From Chrysomallon squamiferum (Eukaryota; Animalia; Mollusca): a stretch of DNA of 64,000 nucleotides. How positions within the stretch are numbered: the stretch's first letter is position 1; each line of letters opens with the position of its first letter. Both the position numbers and the translations under genes were made by a program. This document shows positions 38,817 to 54,529 of the stretch, in pieces. Location of the stretch: positions 5,270,001-5,334,000 of the forward strand of contig CM022673.1 in NCBI GenBank assembly GCA_012295275.1, written 5' to 3'. Under the pieces are notes generated by a model, which did not search any database, was not told where the DNA came from, and worked only from the letters and a program-made list of their open reading frames with translations.

Positions 38817-40824
38817 CATACACACAGTCACACACACAAGCATATACACGAAACAAATGGGATGTATTTAGAGTGTGGGTGGATATATATATATAAACAT
38901 ATGAGCATGTGCGTGTAAATATATATATCTTTTCTGATATTCTTCACTCTGGCCAAATAACCTTTATAATGATAACATCCATGTTTCATCATGCTGTTAC
39001 TATATATAAATATATATTTAAAAAAAAAAAAAAACATTTAAAAAAAAATTTATTTTCATTTTTATAACAGATTTTTTTTTTTTTTTTTTTTTTTTTATTA
39101 AAAATAATATTAATCAAAAATATATATATATTCTTGTACTCTGTATCTCAGAAGTAAGACAGATGTTCTAGAACAGATGGTCACGTGACACAGCCAAACC
39201 GATCACGCGCACCTTTGTGTCTATTTTAGCTAGCTATGGCTTCCGATTATTAGCTTAAAGATAACGCTATCGCTGATTCAAATGGTTTGCACTGGCATGG
39301 AACATGTTAAGTCAGGACCAAGAGAGATAGGCAAAATTAGGCGAGCGGTTCGTAAAAGCAAAGGTTATCCTATGTTGCGTGAAAAAAAAAAAAAAAAAAA
39401 AAAATAGGAGAAAAGAATACAACATATGGTACAGCCCGATTTTTCTATATTTAGAGTAAAGAATCGGCAGCAAGGTTACTTTTAGGAAAGCGTATGTTTT
39501 TTTTTGGTGTGTTTTTTTTTTTTTTGTTGTTGTTCATCATTTATGTTTTTGTTTTTTTTTTTTTCTTTATTTCATTTCTATAAATTTGTTTACCTTTCTC
39601 TTGTAATTGTTTTCTTTCTTTTTCGTTTTTTTTCCAATCGTTTCAAATTTTTATTTCTGTTTATTTTCTTTATTCACATTTTTCTTCCATTCTTTCCATT
39701 TTTCAGTTATTTTCAATTTTTTCTATTTTATTTTATTATATCTTTTTTATTTTTATTTCATTTGTTTTTTTATTTTTTATTCTTTCTTTTCCCCTTCTTT
39801 CATTCTTTCTTTTCTATTAACAAATTGGATATTTTCTAAATTTTCTCAAATATGCTTAAACATTTGTACTGTGAGTCTTGATCTACAAATGTTTTAGATG
39901 GAAATAACGATAGTAAATACTGGTTTACTTCAGCTTTTACGTGTAAATGTCATTTCTGTTTTCTTATCTTTAACAGTGCATGTCAAATTATCAGAGATAA
40001 AATGAGTGTGTGAGAGAGAATGAAACAGAGACAAACGCACATACACTCACGTACACACACTCACACTCACATACACACACTCACGCAATATACACACATG
40101 TACACAGATATATATACTTACCGACACGCATTCACACACATACATACGCAGATTCTCATATATACATATAGTTCTATGCACATATACAAACATATACACA
40201 GTCACAGACACATACACATACATATACACATACATACAGACACAAACATTTAGACATATATACACACATACACATACCATTCTCACACACATACACATAC
40301 CATACTCACACACATACACCTACATAAAGACATACATATATACACACACACATAAACATACACATAATACATACACATATGGACATACGCACATTCACAC
40401 TTATATACAGTTTCGAGACACAAATTTTTACTTCTCACTCTGTGTAATGTTCTGTTCATTTTGAAACTTGTACTCGAGGTCTCCTATCGCAGTCTATTGT
40501 AAAAGCGAGTAAAGAGAAACAGAACTCGATATTTCTTTCAGCAAGGTCGGGTTTCTTTCTATGGTATTTACGTTGGCCATCATTACCCCAATTATACATT
40601 ATCAGGAATCGTAAACCAAAGATATCGTACACATACATAGTCCATAACCTGTAAACGAAACATTCTTTGGTCACTACAGTTGACAACAGTGTTATTTTAT
40701 TTTATTTTATTTATTTCATTATTTCATTATTTCATTATTCATTTATTCATTTATTTCATTATTTCATTATTTATTTATTTCATTATTTATTATTGTTTTA
40801 AATATTTCATTTTTAGTTTGAATC

Positions 40825-40855
<31 letters not shown>

Positions 40856-41739
40856 CAGTGTTGATTTAACCTCTGATTAGACTTACGTAATCTGTAAATC
40901 ATTCAGATCTTCAAATCTGTTTATCTCAAGGTGATCGGGTTATACTCTAATTCTGTTTAAGATCTCGGTCTGTGCACTCAGACATAAAGGAATATGACTG
41001 AGCACAGCAAAACTATTTTTTGAATAAAATGATACGTGGAAATGGCGATGTGGAAATTGTAGCGGATTCTCACCACTGCGTTTTCATTTATAAACTTGCA
41101 CACGCAGAAAAACGGCCAAGTATTAATAAGTATATAACTGACAGGAATAGCATAAGCGTGTTTTATACGTCAAAATATGTTTATTCTTAATTAGCTATAT
41201 GTCTTTATACGTAACACAAACAGAAACAAAACATATATATATTTATGTATAAACAAATACATACATACATACACATACGTATGTATAGACAAAGACTCAT
41301 GCGTATAATTTAAATACATACATACATATATACGTGTGAGTGTGTATATATTTATATATATGTGTGTGTGTGTAGATACATAAACACACATACACACATA
41401 CATACATACATCTACAACATATACAATTATTTATTTATTCATTCTTTCATTCATTTATACATACAAATTAAAACTTTGAAAAAAAAAGAGAAGTTAACTA
41501 ATTCTCTTTATTTTACAACATATTAAAATTTAACTTTGGTGTACTTAAAAGTCGATTAAAAAAAAAATAATAAAATAATAAAATAAAAAAAAATAAAAAA
41601 ATTACTTCATGAAATGCAGTTTAAACCAGGAGTAAAAAGTTTAAATAAACAATGAGTGTGGACATGCTGTGTGTGGGGTTAACCGCGGACACGTAACATA
41701 ACGTCCTCGCTGATTTACCCCAGCAAATGTACCAAGCGA

Positions 41740-42045
41740 AAATATAAACTTCAACACGTTTTCTACTAAAGGAAAATATTTTATACTGGGTGTATGTATG
41801 TATGTATGTACTAAGCCAAATATAAACTACAATATTTTTTCTACTAACAGAATTTTTTTTTTACTGGGTGTAGGTACGGATGTGCGTATGAATGTATGAA
41901 TGTATGTACGTACGTATGTACGTATGTATGTATGTATGTATGTATATATGTAAGTTACTTTACCCCATCAGATGTACTAAGTGAAAATATAAACTATAAC
42001 ATAATTTTCTACTAACAGAACATATTTTATACTGGGTATATGTAC
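41740..42045 (+). repeat. Three diverged copies of a ~60-bp unit separated by (TATG)n
   Basis: AAATATAAACT...TTTTCTACTAA(C/A)...ACTGGGT(G/A)TA recurs at ~41740, ~41818 and ~41985. Confidence 0.75.
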
Positions 42046-44591
42046 GTATGCATGTATATATGCATGCATGCATACATGATGTATGTATGTATGTATGTAT
42101 GTATGTATGCATATTTGTATTTATGTATGTATGTATGTATTGTATGCTTGTATATATATATGCATGTATGCATACATACATACATATATAGGGTGTTTGT
42201 GAATGTGTGTTTACGTGTATATGTGTGTGTATGTGTGTGTGTGTACACACCGTTTAAAATGTTTTTATAGCATCTTATGATCCTTGCTTTTTACATTTTA
42301 TAAGTGTTTTATTTATTTTAAATATTCGTATTGTAATTTGACACTTAGATAAATAAATATCTATTAAATTTAAATAGAGAAAGTTTTGTGAAATTACTCT
42401 GTATGATGGGATTAAGATATTATTATTGCTGTTTATGCGAATGAAGGGTCGATCGAATAAACAAACAAACAAACAAACAAAAAATAAACAAACGAATTAA
42501 GCTGAACATAACAAAACTAAACAAACAACAAAAAAACAACAGCAACAACAACAACAAAATAAATTAAATAAATAAAAATAAAAATAAAATAAAGTTAAGC
42601 TTAGCTGAGCTAGGCTATACTGTGTTATACTCTATTATAGTATACTAGAATAGACTAGACAAGACTATACTAAAGAAAACGAAACGAAACGAAACGAAAT
42701 TAAGTGAAGAAAAATAAAGCAGAACTAAAACTAATCAAAAATTAATAATTTAACAGAAATATACGAAACAAAATAAAATAAAATAAAATAGAATAAAATA
42801 AAATAAAATAAAATAAATAAAATATAAATAAATAAATAACTCATCTGTTCTAGTACCGGGAGAAATCGTATGTCCAACAAAAGGATGTACAACTAACATA
42901 CACTGACCAGTTTGTTTTCGTTTTGTTATTACAGCCATATTTATTTTTACACTGAACAAATAAAACTGCACATCACACCATTCTGCATTATTTTTGTAAA
43001 CATTTAAGAAAATATTTACCATATTACATATATCTGTCCTTCAATGTTTTATTATTAATCACCGCATTCACATATCAGTTTCATTCACACAGGGCCGAAT
43101 CTAAACCGAACGCAAGGTGAGTGGACGGAAAAAATATGTTGAGAATACCGACGCGTATATATATATTCATTTTATGCTTTTGTTTACTGTAACTGTTTGT
43201 GGTTATAACTATTTAGTTTTTAACTTAATGATGTTAGAAGTTCGGCAACACTATTTCGATGTATCTTGTGTAATATCTACCTTGGAACAGAAGACGACGT
43301 GATTATTAAAATAAACTTTTGACATTTTTGTGTTTTGATACTAACTCAAATATCAACCACTAAAGTCATTAATGAAAAATAAATAAATAAATACGGAAAA
43401 TAAAATAAAATAAAACGAATATTACTATTATTAAATAAATTCACCACAGATATCACTCCTTATTTCTGCCGTTTGGGACACGTGTACTAAAAAAAAAAAA
43501 AAATTTAAAAAATTTAAAAAAAAAACGTTTACATATTTCATTGGTTCTGTTGATGTTTTCGCGGATCCTCCTCGTACAATAAAAATGCATCAACAAATTC
43601 TTTGACACCTGCCAAGTAATATTTTGACATCGCGCTAGCAGACGACCTCTACCTCCCATTGTCGCATGGGATTTTTATCTCGAAGCGCATCTAGTCAGAA
43701 CCATATTGCATGATCGCGTGCCCGACTTGGACACGGCCTGCGAGCTCTGTGGCTCGGAACGGTCCCAGACAACTTGTACGTTTCAGTCGACTCTGCTGGG
43801 CTCTGTCTGTCTTTTGTTACTACCGAGAACAACAAAACGAGGTCTCAAGTTCTGTTTTAATTTTTATTTTTTATAAATGTAATATACAGTTTAGTTTTGT
43901 TTTTTTCTTTCTGATTTTCTTCTTCATTGCTGTTCGATTTGCGAAACATGACTTGCAAGTTTTTCGTCTGGCTGAAATCGACATTTTTTTTTTCGAGCAC
44001 TGCAGACGTTGTTATCTTCACAGAGATTGCAGCAGAACAGGATTCTTGTTCGTGGAAACCGAACTTGTGAAACTGTGCTGGTAAATGCTTTTTTTTTTTA
44101 TTTTTTTTTTTTTTGAAGCAGTTTGTTAAACTTTGAGATTTTCACATTGGTGGACACATGGAATATTGCGAAGGTACTTCATCTCTCTGGACAATCAAGA
44201 TGGTATTCAGTTTCGAAACAGTTGTGTGTCTTCGTATTCCAGTTTCTTTTCTTTCAATTTGCCGAAATGCAGATAGAAAAACAGAGCCAGGCATCACACG
44301 AATGAGCTGCTGGAGATGTGGAGAAAAATGGATTTCGTAAGATAATTAGATTCTGTTCCAGTGGTTTTCCGTTGCACATGCCAATCACAAAAGCGCATGC
44401 GCAACAGGAAATCAGAGGAACCGGATCTAGGCAACGACGAAGACTTTTCGTGGTTATATCGATTTTGTCTACAAGACCCAACGTCTTTCTACATTTTTAA
44501 TTAAAAGTGTATATCTGCTTTTAAGTAAAAATAAATATTTCAATACGGTAAAAAGTTCTTTATTATTTATTTGTTTACATACAACGATTCA

Positions 44592-44643
<52 letters not shown>

Positions 44644-45842
44644 TGACGTTATGCGAATTAATAATATAACTGAAAAATATTTTGGGATTGCTAGCACTAC
44701 TACTATAATATCTAGTTTTTGCATTGTTATTATTACCGATGATGATAATTATAGTTATATATTTTTCATTGATATAAATGGTTGTAGTCTATTTTTATAA
44801 TTAAGGACAAAATTATTATAATTCTCTTCTGATTACATCAGATCCAGTGAATCATTTATTTCACTTTTCTCTTTCTTTTAAATTTCGGGAGCATTGGTTG
44901 CGGAGGGATAAACTTTTTTACGATCAAACCAATCTGCCTATTAATCAGTGATAGCAGAATGTGACCAACTGTCTTGACAAGACGATATAAATCGTTTGCC
45001 CTTCCTTACTAATAAACTAACTTTCGTTCACCGAAATAACTGGAAATAAAGATTTATAGCGCAGACAAAATAATAAGTACCAAAGTCGTTCAAGTGCAGT
45101 GTTACTATTTGGAAAGTATATCTAGTATACGTGGTGATTTGTACACACTGGGTGAGGCAGATCTGACGGCCATCTTGTATTAAACGTGTCCAGAGTACTT
45201 TTTGATGTTTAATAATTGTACGCGACCTCGTTGAACTCTTGTAATTTAATCTTGTTAGAAAATAATTTAAAGATGATTAATATCAGAGATGATGATGAAA
45301 GATGACATTTTAAAAACAAAGTTTAATATTTATTAATTAAATGTGACAAAAATTATTTTGTACTGGAAAGAACATTAAAAGTGATACAAAATATTATTAC
45401 TACTGTTACTGTTACTATTACTACTACTATTACTTCTGCTGCTGCTTCTACCACTACTACTACCACTACTATAACAACAACTACTACTACTACTATAACA
45501 ACAATTACTACTACTACTATTGCAGTACTATTAGTACTTTTTTGGTTTTAATTGCGATTTAAATAAATTAGAAAACAATTATAATCTAAAATTATTGTAA
45601 AAACTAAACTGTAAAGTTTCATGTATCATATTTGTGGGTAGTTTAAATACATAACAAAAAATCGTAAAACAAAATACCACATTCTACTTTCAAAGTTTGA
45701 AAGTAGAAAAACAATCATATTTCACAATACATAATTTAATAATGTATATTATCCACAATTATTTATTTATTATATAATAACAATAACAACAACAATAATA
45801 TAATAATAATAATAATAATAATAACAACAACAACAAAACAAC

Positions 45843-45912
<70 letters not shown>

Positions 45913-46528
45913 TTAATAATAATAACAATAATAATAATAATATACACCTATGCGCCTGCATTTACAGTTAAAAAACAACGGTAACTTAGCCTATGTATCC
46001 TTCAAACCATGTCGTTGTCAAACTTAGATCTTTCCTTGCAAGCCACTCATTCAAAGCCATATCGATTGTCACAGATAAAACCTATATTAGTTTCAACCAT
46101 TAATTCGACTTTAGATTTCTGATTCGACAACCACAGTCTGAAGCACATGTTTTTAATCATAGTCTTTGTCAAAAGATATTTAAGCAGAGGACTGCTTTAC
46201 GAGCAGATTATATATATATAACTTTTTTTTTTTTAATTTTTTTTTTTTTTTTTTTTTGTTTTTGTTTTCTGTGAAAGAAACATGGTATGTTGCAGACGTT
46301 TGAACAAAAGAATTTACAAACATGAATGCGATAACGCGTATTATATTTTGGTGGACTGTGTTACTATATGGCGTAGCGTGGGATACTAACTCAGTCTGTG
46401 AACTGGACCAGCTAAACCTTATTGCCTTAAAGAAAAAAAAAAAAAAGAAAAAAAAAGTAAGTAAATAAAAAATAATAATAATAATAAGAGTATATTATAA
46501 AATAAAAAACATAATAGTAGTAGTAGTA

Positions 46529-46596
<68 letters not shown>

Positions 46597-47012
46597 TAAA
46601 TAACGAAACACTGTATTTTATTATAAAGTTCAGTCAGACTCTAAAACAAAAAGAACATAAATATCCATTTAATTTTAAAAAAAAAGAAAAAAGAAAAAAA
46701 AAAAAAAAAAAAAACCCAGAAAAAAACAGAATAAGAATAAAAATTTAGGTTATTGTTTGAGATGTGTATGTAATTTGGTAATCTTCAAAATATGGTTCCG
46801 TAATTCAAATAAGAAATATCTCTCAGAATTTTACTACGATTTATTAAACCAGAACAAAATTAATATTGAAAAACTAGTCATGTAAAATGTTGCAATGATT
46901 TCGACCTTGTCAGATTAAATTGTTTTAATCACTTTTCTACATTTTCATCGTTGCCTATAAAAGGATAAATTTAATAAAAAAAAAAAAAAAAAAAATGTAA
47001 CGATTTATCCTA

Positions 47013-47084
47013 TGGAGATGCCGGGTATCGAACCCGGGGCCTTTCACATGCAAAGCGAACGCTCTACCACTGAGCTACATCCCC
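47013..47084 (-). tRNA. tRNA-Ala(TGC), solitary copy
   Basis: Exact reverse complement of the array 72-mer. TCAA lies immediately 5' and an oligo-T terminator 3' (plus-strand A run ~46976-46995). Confidence 0.97.
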
Positions 47085-47396
47085 TTGACGTTAACGCTTT
47101 AAATAATACTGATAATATAAATGATGGCAGGAACAAACGTTGACCGATGTGAACTGAGCAGAATCGTGCAACTAATATTTCGTGTGCTTAGCGTTTTACA
47201 TCAGAGTAACAATTATTATTAGAGCTCTTCTTTATCAGTTTAATGCTTGTGGCAACACGATGTGGTTTTGTGCTTAAGCGTCTTCATTTTTTATTATATT
47301 ACTAACGAAACTATTACTTTATGGTTGTAAAGAAATAATTACTGTTTTAACGTACGTAAAACAAATAAAAATACAACTAATAATAACAATTTTTTT

Positions 47397-47452
<56 letters not shown>

Positions 47453-47595
47453 AAGATGCCTTATTGCCCTAGAAAAAGAAAGAAAGAAAGAAAAAGATTT
47501 CGGGCCATGAATTACCTTAATTAATTTGTATACATATACATACTCGCACTGACATATATGCAAACATATACATATACGTACGTACATACATACAT

Positions 47596-47663
<68 letters not shown>

Positions 47664-48393
47664 GTACATATACCTATACAATTATAACCTCCACATATAC
47701 ACACACTTGTTATATTTTGTTATAACTTCTTCGTATGTTAAAAAGTATCCACGTTCATTTAGTTGGTTATTTATACCTAATATAGTAATAACAATAGAAG
47801 TATGACAGAAATAGAAGTATAACAGTAAAAGAAGTAGCAATAGTAAATGAAGTAGTAATAGTAAAAGAAGTAGTAATAGTAATAGATGTAGTAGTAGTAG
47901 TGGGACTAATACAGGTATCTGGATGAATAGGCAGATTGTTTCGGAGCTGACTCTAACTTTCAATCAGTTATGACATACGGAATTTACAATATTTCACTTC
48001 TGACCCTTGTCTGGTTAGGTGTAAGATAGCTGTTAATGATATGTAGACACATATCGTGATATAGTGACATATATCGGGTAGGTGGTCATAGTATACAAAC
48101 ATATATCGGATGAAAAATTAAGAGGTCATCGTGTGTAGACAAATATCGGAGAGCAAAACTCGAGCAGAAATCAGTCAACTCGGTTTCTCATCCCGTCAAC
48201 GAGGTGGGGAGGAGGGGAATCATCTTCTCCTTCCCGATTACAAACCTCGATGATTTCACATGATTTCCCACGCGCGTGCTGGTCATCTGTTACTGTCACT
48301 TGAGATGACAAACAGTGAAATGAAAATTTTTCATAAAGATACATGTTAGTGTTTGTTTTCAGGGATGATCTCAAAGCGAGACTCCTGTTGAAA

Positions 48394-48581
48394 GAGGTCA
48401 GCTTTAATGACCACTGACCCTGATGTGCTGAGGTCAGTTTTGACCATCACTGACCCTGATGTTTGCGGAAGTCAGTTTTGACCATCACTGACCCTGATGT
48501 TTGCGGAGGTCAGTTTTGATGTTCGCTGACTGTGATGTTTGCTCAGGTCACTAATGACAATCACTTGCCCTGATGTGTTCT
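48394..48581 (+). repeat. Minisatellite, 5 units of 36-38 bp, each internally palindromic
   Basis: Consensus GAGGTCAGTTTTGACCATCACTGACCCTGATGTTTGCG. Confidence 0.9.
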
Positions 48582-51500
48582 GAGGTGAGTCAGATCTAGA
48601 CACGACATTTCAATTCAAGATTGATTGCTGTGTGAACGGTTTCTGGTAGAAGAATATTTATTTAAATCAAGTATGGTCGGGCTACAGTTTTCCAGTTAGC
48701 AGCAGTAACTCTTTTTTTTATGTACCCTCCCATAGAAGTATGGACTTGATTTCTTGTTAGACCTTCGTGGAACGAGAAATACCATAGACAACCCAACTAC
48801 GAGGGTCGATCGTAAATTAATCGCCTATCAAGTAAAACATGAGCTCAGTTCTTCCCACGATATGTTTGTTAGTACGAATGTTCATATAAAGTCATGGAAC
48901 CATTTTACACTCGTTTTACAATGAAAACGTGTATTCCGCGTAACCTATAATTAAAAATGTTTTTAAACAATGTTAATATATTTTTGCAATCGATGCCTCC
49001 CAAACAAGAAGGCATGATCCAATAATCTTTTAGCGGTTTTCCAAAACTGTTTATGAATTTTGCGAGACCTTGAATTGTATTCCGAAAATATCGGTGCGAA
49101 ATTGATTCCGCAGCATATAATTATGCCGGAAGTGTTGACCTTCACTTCTTGACCTTTTGTTGTTCCGCAGTGTTTTAATCTGGATTCTTTTTCTGTGTTA
49201 TTCTGAACGCTAAATTACATTTAAAAAGTATTTATAAAAGTTAATCATTTGCGTAATAAGTCTGCTAATTAAAATAAAAACAACATTGTGGATACCACTT
49301 CCTAAATCAGTAACAATGCAAAAATAGATATAGTTTGTTCAAAATATAGGATGGTTTTTTTTTTTCGTCATTTATTAGTATACCAAAACGTAAGCACTAC
49401 AATGGTTAAATATTATAATAGAGTTTTTTTTTTTTTTTGCTAAAGAAACGATGAAGATTATATGTTAGAAATAACAAATGACATATTCAAATATATGTGC
49501 ACTGAGACAATTATTTTTGTTTTAAACTTTACAAATATGCAAACAAGATACAAATGTCGTGTAATATCCACTAATGCAATCATTAACTGAATGCAAATTA
49601 TGCATAAACATGCATACATAGAGAAATACGTATTACATACATACATATACACACATTCCTAGCTACATATTAATTAAAAAACCAACACACACATATATAC
49701 ATACATACACACACACATGCATACATACATACATACGTACGTACATACATAGATACATACATACACATTCATACACATTCATACATACATACATACATAC
49801 ATACACACCTATAAATATATGTTGCTTGTATGTTGTTTATTTATTTCATTGTAATAAATTTATATAAATTTTTTCTTTTACAGTCGAATAAAAATAAAAT
49901 ACTTTTACCAAAACACGTTTTTCTCGGTTATTTCGCTTTTCACAATTACCTACAACGGAATATTAATTAGAATCCAAATTCCAACAAGCACAATGAATTG
50001 TGATAACATACGGCACTTTAACGTTATTCCTAACTCGAACAAAGACACGATTTTTACGTAAGGTAACGATTTTTGTCACGTAGATAAATGAGATTTTTGT
50101 TTACACCTACATCTAATTTGTCTTTGATTTTAATTAGCGAGCTCGAAATCTGGAAATCCAATTAGCTGTGAGAATATACTACGCTGTGACTATCATTGAA
50201 CACGTCGCATCAGTGGAAATGAGAAATACATAAAAGGACTGAGATTTGTTTTGGCTTTGGTCATCTACACTTTGCTGACCTTCATCATCAGTTTGAGTTT
50301 AGATTCTCAGCTGCTGTCAGAGATGAGAAATTGCATCTTGTTCGGTGTCCCTCTGTCTCAAACTATTGCATCTATGCTTTTAAGAGGCAGTATTGTATCT
50401 ACGTACATTTCTGTGTCCAGTGAATTTATTATCGTTCCTTTTACAATTTGCGAGAACAAATTATTATGATGTGTTGATGCATTCCATATTGGACAACAGT
50501 TTTCTTGCACGTTTAAAGATATTCTTTTTATCCTTTCTCCTGGACATAAAAATATATATAATTTTAAAAATAAGGTTCTGTGTGACTTACGTGGGGTTTT
50601 GCCTCTATTTCACTGTTTCTTTCTGACTTTTGACTTTGACTTACGCATGTATGTATATGTATGTGTGTTTGTGTATGTGTGTTTGTGTATGTGTGTATTG
50701 TGTATGTGTGTATGTGTATGTATATATTTATCTGTGTGAAGAGAAAGATCAGCATAAGATGGATTCATAGACTAGGTATATAGACGTGTGTATGTATGTA
50801 TGAAAATGATTGTATGTCTGTATCTTTCCATCCATCCATCTATCTGTCTACCCAATCTGTGAAGCCACTTTATGTTGATCTCTCTGTCTATCTGTCAGTC
50901 TTTCTATATGTGTGAATACAACTAAAATATTAACAACCAAAAAAAAAAGAAAGAAAAGATTAATAAATAAAAAAAACACAAATAATAAAAATAACAAAAT
51001 GTACCATACAGTTACAGTAGATTAATTTTAGATACGCTAAATCAGTCACATTATTGTAACATGTCCGTGGTATATGAAAATACATAACAGTCATTTAAGA
51101 GATTCAACAGAACCTAACTTTATGTCATAACCCAATAATCATGCTCCATGCTGTGTCTGTAAATATTTTTTGGTGTAGGCAAGGATATATTTCGAATTAA
51201 CCAATGTCAAGAGGGTTTTGGGGGATGGGGTTCAAATCTTTTATTTTCTTTCTACGTGCAGAGTGCAAAATAATTCTTAAACAAAAATGATGTGACAAAA
51301 ACACCGCACTCTGTAAACACAAGTGTTGTCAACTGTCAGGTTGTGAAACACTTGACAAAATTACTATTTACTGCAAACTCGATTAGCGTGATAGGTTGTT
51401 GACTGTGTTTAGAACATCTCCGAAAAGTGTCGTATTACGATTCACTGACCGTTCTACGATTATTCTTAAATTTCGACACATTTTAGGTTGTCTATAATTA

Positions 51501-51788
51501 CACATATTGATCCGAAAAAATCACTAAGCATGGTTTTATATATATATTTTCTAAAAATAAGTAGACGAACATATAACAGGACTGTATGTTGTTCATCAGA
51601 GCTTTCCAGTATCTGACAGAATCAATCTTTTTTGGTGAATCTATTTTTACTTCTGTGTTATGAATAGTTACAAAGAAATCAGTTTATGTTAGTCGTTCTA
51701 CAAAAAATCTTCTGCCATTTCAGACACAGAAAGGCACGGATCAAGCATAACTTGTAATAATGACAACAAAAAGAACAATAACAACATC

Positions 51789-51831
<43 letters not shown>

Positions 51832-52374
51832 ATAATAATAATGATAATGATAATAATAATAATAATGACAACAACAACAACAACAACAATAATAATAATG
51901 ATGATAATGATGATAGTAATAATAATAATGGTGCTGTTATAATAATAACAATAATTTCCATTCATATTTTTTCAAATACTGATACGGCTACTCTTTTTAA
52001 TTACGGACGTAAAAGAAAACATTTTTCATTTGCCATTCAGCAATAACCTCAGCCTCCTTTGATTCTCTTTCTCCCCTTGAACTTCAGAAGTATTACAATC
52101 TGACAACCTCCAATCAATCAGTGGTGTCCAGAGATCTGACACTGCAAAGATAATTTATCGGGTCCTCTGATCAGGACTATCTGACAGTAAATGTATCAGC
52201 TGAAAACGAGGAAAACTTTGAATGAAATAGCGGAGGGTGAGGAAAAGAGAGACTGAGATGATTTGACCGATATTGCTAGTAAAGATCTGTTACTGAAATG
52301 TTGACTGAGTTATGACAAGTCGTGGAATGTTTGGTGATGTTATTAAACTATTCTAAACAATCCTTGTAGGAATA

Positions 52375-52492
<118 letters not shown>

Positions 52493-54255
52493 GGAATAAA
52501 TTACAAAAAAAAAACCACAAACAAAAAACACTTTAGGATATTTAGATAGTTTTTAAAATTTAATATAATTTATAATTTCATTAAATCAACAAACAATTAG
52601 ACAAAAAAAAAAAAAAAAAAAGAAGAGAAATAGTTATTAAATTTGTTTGGCATATTTTATTTTCCTCCAAATTATTATAGGAAACGGAAATAATTTCTTG
52701 TAATTTTATAGTTTCAGCGCACTCATTCTGCATGATAAAATATCTGTATATCGGATAAATATCTATTAGAAATTTCACTTAATTATTGAGCAGCTCAGTA
52801 ATAACTACAGTATGTTTGTACATTGAAACTGTTTCAATGAAAGTAGATTATTATTGACACGGATACAAATTACAGGTGGTTTTTGTAAAAATATATTAAA
52901 ACTCAAGTTTCGCCGACAAATAGTCTGAAATAATTAATATATAATGAAAAAAAAAAAAGATGTTCTATTTTTATTAGCAGAAAGAATTGAAAAAAAAATA
53001 AAAATAAAAAATATTTTTAAAGGTATAAAAGTGCTGTTTTTTGTTTTTTGTGTTTTGTTTTTTTCATAGGCCTCAGTTTTTCCTTTGTAATGTTCAGAAA
53101 TCCAATGTAGTGGAAAAATCATGACATTATTATTTTTTTTTTTTTTTTTTTTATCAATATGATGGAAAATGTTGATTGAACTTTCTGTAATACTACATGA
53201 CATGCTGGAATAGATGCCCATACAAACGATTTATATATAAAATAGAAATTGTGTTAGCGTTGCCAATAACTGGAATATACTATATTTTTAATTTCGTGTT
53301 CTGTTGTTTTGATATGCAATATAAATATTTTTTGGATAATATATTTTATGATGTATATCGTTTTTTTTTTTTTTTTATTATGATTAAAATTTCTTGCAGT
53401 TATTTACATGAGAATTTATTTTTACTTATTAAGGTTGTTTTCATCACAACCAACAACGTCATAACATCAAACTTAACATGATGATAATCATCATTACTGG
53501 AACTTGTCAGTTTCTTCTTCTTCTTCTTTTCTTCTTCTTATTATTATTATTTGTAATTTAAAAATCGTGATAATAATTTATTCACATTATGATTGGATTG
53601 CTTCATTCGTTCTTTCAGTTCCTCAGTCAGTGAAAAATTCAGTCAAAATATTACTGTTTTCTAGTCATTAATAATTCATTCATTCATTTTAATTTTTAAT
53701 TAATTTATCATATCTTATTATCATATCATTCATTCATTCATTCATTCGTTCATTCATTCATTTATCGATCCATACTGCAGTTATTTCATTCACTTGTACT
53801 TTCATTCATACATTTATTCATCCGTTCTATCACTGATTCATTCGTTTAATCAGTTAGGGAAGTTGTTAAACTTTCCCTCCTTCCTTTCGTTCGTTCGTTC
53901 ACTCCAAAACGTGTCCGTCTCAAATCGCTCGTTACTCGTTTTGCCGGTGATAAAGTTACCGTTTGCTTACGTCAATGTAACAAAGAAAGCTCGACCTTTG
54001 ACCTTAATTCAGTTGTTTGATAATGCAAGTTATTAATTACCAGCATCTGCTCTCTCAAACTACTAAATGAAATGAAAAGTAATGAAAGTGTTAGTAGTTA
54101 TTAGAGCTTTCTTCCATATATCACAAATCTGAATTTTAAATATTATATAAGTTAAAGTTGAAAGCGAATATACCTGTGTAAAGAACATGCATAATACTGT
54201 GGGATAAAACCTCTAGACAGAGTGAAGGATGTGTGTGTGTATGTGTGTACATACA

Positions 54256-54289
<34 letters not shown>

Positions 54290-54303
54290 CATACATGCAT
54301 TCA

Positions 54304-54337
<34 letters not shown>

Positions 54338-54529
54338 CATGCATTCATACATGCATTCATACATACATACGTACATACATACTTACATGCATACATACAT
54401 AAATACATACATACATACATACATACAGAAAAAACAAAAAAAGAAAAAATTAGGGACAGAACAAATAGAAAAGAGACAAGGATGTAGAGATAGAGACACA
54501 AATGTCATACAGATAGATACGAAAACACA

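Noticed and set aside
48363-48584. C/D-box snoRNA cluster (TGATG and CTGA motifs)
   Set aside because: There is no canonical RTGATGA box C with correct spacing and terminal stem; the motifs are simply part of the tandem unit.
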